IMG/VR virus record: IMGVR_UViG_3300035498_001143
DNA from: a virus
Taxonomy: Duplodnaviria; Heunggongvirae; Uroviricota; Caudoviricetes
Direction: 5' to 3' (one strand)
DNA length: 11,668 nucleotides
A program made the translations under genes and the position numbers. Below the pieces are notes generated by a model, which did no database searches, was not told where the DNA came from, and worked only from the letters and a program-made list of their open reading frames with translations. Below, in pieces: positions 6,605-11,668 of this stretch; within the stretch, counting starts at the first letter, position 1; each line of letters opens with the position of its first letter.

Positions 6605-7973
6605 TGTCTTCCGTTATAGTGATGATGTAAATGTTGTAGATTTAAGTAACGCCTACCATAGTGTTGAAACATATGGCGGTGGTAGAGGTTATACAATGCG
6701 AGGTATGCCTTGTTTGATTAGTTATTTATATGAAATAGAGAAAATAAATAGTGGGTATCGTTCATTTGATGGAACTATAAAAAGTGGATATTATTACTAC
6801 TTAGATAAGTTATTAAACAATAATTTCTTTAGTTTTATGTTTTTATACTATAAGCCTTTCGAAAAAGAGGTTGCCGAATATATATTAAAAAACATACACT
6901 TTACTCCATTTATTTTTATTCCTAAAAACAATGAACAGTGTGATATTATAAAAGTAAGAAAATTTTACTTTTCTCAATTTACAACTTATTTTGGAATAAA
7001 TATAACAAGTCTTTGGGGTGACTATAGTAGTAAAGAATTATATTCAGATGGGGTATTGTTAAATGTATTCGATTTATTCTATGAAAAAATGCAAGAAATA
7101 TTCCAAATGGATATTGATGAAATTATAGATTATGTTTTAAATAATAATATATATGTAAAAGCAAATATTGACGAGTTGAGAACTTTTGTGATAGTTTTTA
7201 ATCATCATTTATTAAACAATGAAAACAAAAAATATATTATTGATTTGTTTGAAAATTGTTGTGATAATATAATTAATAATTTCCCTGCTTGTATGAACTC
7301 AGGCGTTTTTAAGTATGTACAGATAATGTTGTTACTTCTTGAAGAAGATAGGGTTATCAAAAGATTTGAAAATGATTATGTATTTTTTAGTTTTCTTTTG
7401 GAAGATAGATTGAAAAAATATGTATCTGTTTCTAAAAAATTTCCCAAGTTCTTTTCTGCAAGCGGATATTTAAAAGTTATGCGGATAAATAAAAACTTTT
7501 ATGACAAAATAAATAGTAGCAAAAATAAAAACTATAAATATATGAAAGGAAAACAGTTATACGAAGAAACAAGTATAACTAAATCCGTAGAAGATATATT
7601 TCTCAATGCAAGAAATGATATGAATTACTACGATAACTTTTTATTGGAATGTAAAGAGCTTAATTGTACGGAAGATATAAATAATTTAAAACTTGTATTA
7701 GAAGAATTTGATTTATTTGGTCAGATTAAAAAATATAAAAAAATGTTTACGGAAGATTATGAAAAAGAAAAATTCTCAGATGGTCTTGCTAAAATATTAC
7801 TTATGTTTTTACAGGCTTTTGATGAAAAAACAGAAATAAAGATTGTTAAAGAATTAAAGAAAAAATATTATGATTTATATTTCCTAACAGATATAGAAAA
7901 TAAATTTTCTTGGAAGTTCGAATCAGCACAATCACTATTTAATCAAATATTGTTTTACAAAAAACTTTGTTAG
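6576..7973 (+). CDS. Hypothetical protein, paralog family member 3 (465 aa)
   Basis: RBS AAGGAG inside the upstream gene, with a 29-nt overlap. Family blocks IIDYVLNNNIYVKAN and FDEKTEIKIVKELKKK. Confidence 0.9.
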   Translation: MRKFVVKDLDVFRYSDDVNVVDLSNAYHSVETYGGGRGYTMRGMPCLISYLYEIEKINSGYRSFDGTIKSGYYYYLDKLLNNNFFSFMFLYYKPFEKEVAEYILKNIHFTPFIFIPKNNEQCDIIKVRKFYFSQFTTYFGINITSLWGDYSSKELYSDGVLLNVFDLFYEKMQEIFQMDIDEIIDYVLNNNIYVKANIDELRTFVIVFNHHLLNNENKKYIIDLFENCCDNIINNFPACMNSGVFKYVQIMLLLLEEDRVIKRFENDYVFFSFLLEDRLKKYVSVSKKFPKFFSASGYLKVMRINKNFYDKINSSKNKNYKYMKGKQLYEETSITKSVEDIFLNARNDMNYYDNFLLECKELNCTEDINNLKLVLEEFDLFGQIKKYKKMFTEDYEKEKFSDGLAKILLMFLQAFDEKTEIKIVKELKKKYYDLYFLTDIENKFSWKFESAQSLFNQILFYKKLC

Positions 7974-7977
7974 TAAG

Positions 7978-8004
7978 AAAGAGAGATATATTTCTCTCTT
8001 TTTT
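7978..8004 (+). terminator. Intrinsic terminator
   Basis: AAAGAGAGA-TATATT-TCTCTCTTT followed by TTT. Confidence 0.9.
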
Positions 8005-8016
8005 ATTTAAAAAGCA

Positions 8017-8045
8017 TTGACAAACAATAAAAAATATGGTATAAT
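8017..8045 (+). promoter_or_regulatory. Consensus sigmaA promoter
   Basis: TTGACAAACAATAAAAAATATGGTATAAT, identical over 29 nt to 4123-4151. Confidence 0.92.
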
Positions 8046-8084
8046 ATATACTATAAAAATACTTATAGAGAGGAGAATTAATAT

Positions 8085-9161
8085 ATGTTTAACAGAACTA
8101 TTGAAAACTTATTAAAACAAGAAACACGTACATTAGAACAACTTAATTATTTGACAGTATATTATGATTTTTTTTATGATGTAGGTGAACATCAAATTAA
8201 TTTCAGTAAAGAGGAAGTAAAATATGTTGTAAGTAACTTATCTCAGGAACAACTTGATTGTTCAAGTGTTATCAATCGTTTTGTAACTAATCATTATTGT
8301 AAAGAAGAAAATGCGATAGAATATTTTGTTAAATTGCTTAAAAAAGATTTCTGCAAAAATATAGACATAAAGGAAATGTTGGAATGTATTGTAGATAATA
8401 ATATAAATATGTATGATAAAAATACAGCAAGAAAATTTATAGCCGTTTTTCACGATTATTTATCTGATGAATATACAAATAAGATTTTAGATAAAATATT
8501 TGTTGTTTTTGACGAAATTACAAACGAACAACGCTATTTAGATTTCTTACCTTTATTAAGTACAAAAACTTTTTATTATTTATTAGACAATAATAAAAAT
8601 TTAAGTGATTTGCGTACCACACCAACTTTATTTGAGAATGTAAGAAATAGAGCTAATATGTTTCATCGTCAGGAAGAAAATACCGAAGTATGGTTTAAAT
8701 TGTTTTCTTTTGTCCAAGAAAGATATTCACCTATTAATAGTAGAGATGTTTATTTATTCTTATTGAGAAAATTGATTACAAGTAATGATGATTTTTCTCA
8801 AATAAAAGAAAATTATAAGGATATTTTAGAAGATATAGGTAAAGTAATGAAAAGAAGTGTAGACTATTCTATAAGACAGAGTACTTTTTTCTATAATCAT
8901 TTCTTTATTAATAACGATAGATATAGTAGTTCAAGTTGTAAGAAAAAGAAGAATAATCTTATGCGTTTCTTTAATGTTATGAGTGATTTTATAGATGAAA
9001 AAACCGAGCTTGCAATATTAAAATCATTAACCTTTAAATATTTTGGTTATAAAACAGAAGATTTAGAAGAATTAAATAATAATTGTACTTTTGCTCATCA
9101 AGCATCTACTGAATATTTAACAACAACATTATTTATGCGTAGTATAAAGAGAGAAGCTTAA
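8085..9161 (+). CDS. Hypothetical protein, paralog family member 4 (358 aa)
   Basis: RBS GAGGAG. N-terminus RTIENLLK..LNYL resembles member 1 (RIIDKINK..INYL). C-terminal block IDEKTELAILKSLTFK. Confidence 0.9.
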   Translation: MFNRTIENLLKQETRTLEQLNYLTVYYDFFYDVGEHQINFSKEEVKYVVSNLSQEQLDCSSVINRFVTNHYCKEENAIEYFVKLLKKDFCKNIDIKEMLECIVDNNINMYDKNTARKFIAVFHDYLSDEYTNKILDKIFVVFDEITNEQRYLDFLPLLSTKTFYYLLDNNKNLSDLRTTPTLFENVRNRANMFHRQEENTEVWFKLFSFVQERYSPINSRDVYLFLLRKLITSNDDFSQIKENYKDILEDIGKVMKRSVDYSIRQSTFFYNHFFINNDRYSSSSCKKKKNNLMRFFNVMSDFIDEKTELAILKSLTFKYFGYKTEDLEELNNNCTFAHQASTEYLTTTLFMRSIKREA

Positions 9162-9176
9162 AAACTTCTCTTTTTT
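9146..9176 (+). terminator. Intrinsic terminator overlapping the gene end and the dnaE promoter motif
   Basis: AAAGAGAGAAG-CTTAAAAA-CTTCTCTTTTTT. Confidence 0.8.
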
Positions 9177-9184
9177 CTTATATA
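9157..9184 (+). promoter_or_regulatory. Putative phage-specific promoter CTTAA-N15-CTTATATA (copy 3)
   Basis: CTTAA-AAACTTCTCTTTTTT-CTTATATA, ending 26 nt before the dnaE ATG. Confidence 0.65.
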
Positions 9185-9210
9185 AAAATAAAAGATAGGA
9201 GGAAAAGAGT

Positions 9211-11668
9211 ATGAAAAATTTTGTACACTTACATACACATTCTGTATTTTCATTATTAGATGGTTTAACAAAAGTAGAAGATATGGTAGATAAAACTCTT
9301 AAACTTGAATTGCCTGCTTCTTGTATAACAGACCACGGTAATATGTATTCTTTTGTAAACCACTTTAAATATGCAGAAGAAAACGGACAGAAACCAATAG
9401 CAGGATTTGAAGCCTATGTGGTTAATGATTTAACTGTTAAGCAGAAAGATGAAAAGAGAGAGCATTTAGTATTATTAGCTAAGAATAATGATGGTTACAA
9501 GCAAATGTCGAAGATATGCAGTATAGGTGCTACCCAAGGTATGTATTATAGACCACGTATTGATGACAAAATAATGCAAGAAATAGGTACTGAAAATCTT
9601 ATTGCAAGTTCAGCCTGTTTTTTGATGAATACTGATGTAATCACTAAGCAAGGTATTAAACCAATACAAGAAGTAACAGAGGAAGATTATGTTTTAACTC
9701 ACTTAGGAAGATATAGAAAAGTTAATAAATCATTTAATATGCCATATAGCGATGATATTTATACAATCTATTCCAATAGTTTTCCTATCTCTTGTACTAA
9801 AGACCATAAATTTTTAGTTGCTAATGGCGATAATGTAGAATGGAGAGAAGCACAAGAATTAAACAGCGGTGATTATTTACTTCAAGTAGTAGATACATTA
9901 AATGATGATATAAAAGAATTAGATTTATCAATTATTAAAACTGATGGTAAATTAAAAACTTATAATATAGAGTTTACCCCTGATTTCTTAGAGTTCTTAG
10001 CTATTTATTGTGTTATGGGTGTTGATTCTAATAATTCGGTTTCATTTATTATAGATAACTCTAATATATTATTAAGAAATAAAATTACAGCTCAGTTAGA
10101 AAAATTAACTACCGTACCTTTTACAATAGTTAATAATATAGAAAAGAAACAAATAGCTATTACTATCTGCTGCAAAGAAGTTGTAGAATTATTAAGGGTT
10201 TTAATGGGTAGTAATGTTATAACAAATTCAAACTTTAAGAGATTACCTGATATAATTAAATATTTACCTTTTAATAAACAGTTATTCTTCTTAAAGGGCT
10301 TTATAATGAATAATTGTTATTGTAAGGATAATATGATAGAAATTACTTTATACTCAAAACAAATGTATTATGATTTATCTCATTTACTTAGTAGATGTAA
10401 CATAATTCATAGCGTTAAGTATAATCAAAGATATATTGATGATTTAGAGTTTCTTCATAATCAATCATATACATTAAGAATTGAAGATGAGGATTTTGTT
10501 TCTTTCTTATATGATAATAATAACTTTAGATTAAAACCATTTTTTGAAGTAGATGGTGTTAAATATATAAAGAATGAAATAGAATCAATGATTGGTCATT
10601 GGTCAGAAGTAAAAGTTTATTGTTTAGAAGTAAACGAAGATTCTTCTTTTGTAGCTAATAATATAGTAGTACATAATTGTGTTGCTGGTAGAATACCAAG
10701 ATGTTTATTGATGGACGATATAGAAAAGGCTGAATATTGGTGTAAACATTATGCTCAGATGTTTAAGAATAGTTTTTATTTGGAAATACAGCCTACTGAA
10801 ATACCGTCACAGGTAAAAGTAAATAAGGGGTTAATTGAATTAAGCAAGAAATTAGGTATTCCTTTAATAGCAAGTACAGATGCTCATTATCTAAATAAAG
10901 AGGATAAAGAAACACACGATGTATTACTTTGTTTACAAACTAAAAATGTATTAAGTAATCCTAATAGATGGACTTTTGAGGGTAATAGTTATTATATAAT
11001 GTCATATGAAGAAGTAATAGAAGCCTTTAAAAAGAATGGTCACGAAGAATTAGACCAAGATGCTGTATTAGAAGCAATTCATAATACTGTTGATGTAGCA
11101 AAGCAGTGTAATGTTCATATAAACTTTGGTAAACATTATTTACCTAAAATAGAACCACCTAAAGATGATGAAAATTATAATAAACAGGTAGAGAAGAAAA
11201 AACAAAAGGATAAAGATTTTAAGAGCGATGATGCTTCTTATTTAAGGTATTTATGTTTACAGGGGTTAAAAAGAAAGTTACCTGAATTAGATATAGATGC
11301 TGAAAAAAGAAAAGTTTATTTAGATAGATTAAATTATGAATTAGGTGTAATTGAAAGTATGGGATTTCCCTCATATTTCTTAATTGTGGCTGATTATATA
11401 AACTATGCAGATAAAGTAGCTAAAATGGGCGTTGGACCTGGTAGAGGTTGTTTTACTCCTGATAATTTAGTAAACACTGAAAATAGAGGTTTAGTTAAAA
11501 TTGCTGATATTATAGTAAATGATTTAATAAAAGGTCACGATGAGCAGGTTCATAAGGTAATAAATACTTTAAATTATGATTGTGATGAAGAAGTATTAAA
11601 CATACAAACTTCCGAGGGTAAAGAGTTGACTCTAACAAAAGACCATAAATTATTCGCTATTAAGAAAG
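9211..11668 (+). CDS. dnaE: DNA polymerase III alpha subunit (DnaE-type), 5' partial, intein-containing
   Basis: Translated by hand: MKNFVHLHTHSVFSLLDG, ITDHG, GFEAY, HLVLLAKN, YYRPRID, FYLEIQ, STDAHY, RLNYELGVI..MGFPSYFLIVADYI, GVGPGRG. RBS AGGAGG. No stop codon before the window end. Confidence 0.97.
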   Translation, partial: MKNFVHLHTHSVFSLLDGLTKVEDMVDKTLKLELPASCITDHGNMYSFVNHFKYAEENGQKPIAGFEAYVVNDLTVKQKDEKREHLVLLAKNNDGYKQMSKICSIGATQGMYYRPRIDDKIMQEIGTENLIASSACFLMNTDVITKQGIKPIQEVTEEDYVLTHLGRYRKVNKSFNMPYSDDIYTIYSNSFPISCTKDHKFLVANGDNVEWREAQELNSGDYLLQVVDTLNDDIKELDLSIIKTDGKLKTYNIEFTPDFLEFLAIYCVMGVDSNNSVSFIIDNSNILLRNKITAQLEKLTTVPFTIVNNIEKKQIAITICCKEVVELLRVLMGSNVITNSNFKRLPDIIKYLPFNKQLFFLKGFIMNNCYCKDNMIEITLYSKQMYYDLSHLLSRCNIIHSVKYNQRYIDDLEFLHNQSYTLRIEDEDFVSFLYDNNNFRLKPFFEVDGVKYIKNEIESMIGHWSEVKVYCLEVNEDSSFVANNIVVHNCVAGRIPRCLLMDDIEKAEYWCKHYAQMFKNSFYLEIQPTEIPSQVKVNKGLIELSKKLGIPLIASTDAHYLNKEDKETHDVLLCLQTKNVLSNPNRWTFEGNSYYIMSYEEVIEAFKKNGHEELDQDAVLEAIHNTVDVAKQCNVHINFGKHYLPKIEPPKDDENYNKQVEKKKQKDKDFKSDDASYLRYLCLQGLKRKLPELDIDAEKRKVYLDRLNYELGVIESMGFPSYFLIVADYINYADKVAKMGVGPGRGCFTPDNLVNTENRGLVKIADIIVNDLIKGHDEQVHKVINTLNYDCDEEVLNIQTSEGKELTLTKDHKLFAIKK
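9616..10677 (+). mobile_element. Intein 1 (354 aa) in the PHP domain, with degenerate LAGLIDADG endonuclease
   Basis: N-junction SSA|CFLMNTDV, block B TKDH, block F VYCLEV, C-junction IVVHN|CVAG. Removal restores SSA-CVAG. Endonuclease motifs read FLAIYCVMG and FLKGFIMNN. Confidence 0.93.
11449..11668 (+). mobile_element. Intein 2 (N-terminal part; runs off the window)
   Basis: GPGRG|CFTPDNLV where DnaE normally reads GPGRGS. Block A pattern, then G..kIaDI..ND, and block B LTKDH. Confidence 0.9.

Noticed and set aside
8262-8453. 63-aa minus-strand ORF from the track
   Set aside because: Entirely antisense within the 8085-9161 gene, with no RBS or promoter.
1-11668. Alternative genetic code (stop-codon reassignment, seen in some large phages)
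   Set aside because: Genes are full-length and densely packed under code 11, and TAA, TAG and TGA all appear at plausible gene ends.

Overview
Very AT-rich DNA that looks like a large phage (or phage-like megaplasmid) of a low-GC Firmicute-type host; this origin is inferred. From left to right: (1) the end of an upstream gene; (2) a sigmaA-type promoter leading into about 600 nt of non-coding DNA, with a GC-rich structured RNA candidate, a run of hairpins and a cas-less CRISPR mini-array (two identical 30-nt repeats, a degenerate third, two 36-nt spacers); (3) a convergent hypothetical gene; (4) a divergent operon with a small acidic protein, a thymidylate-synthase-fold protein lacking its catalytic residues and a cobalamin-binding-like radical SAM enzyme; (5) four tandem, highly diverged paralogous genes of unknown function, mostly framed by near-identical terminator + sigmaA promoter cassettes; (6) the 5' part of a DnaE-type DNA polymerase III alpha gene, absent from the ORF track because it runs off the window, with two inteins. 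A second bipartite promoter-like motif, CTTAA-N15-CTTATATA, sits upstream of exactly the transcription units that lack sigmaA promoters, suggesting a phage-encoded sigma factor regulon.
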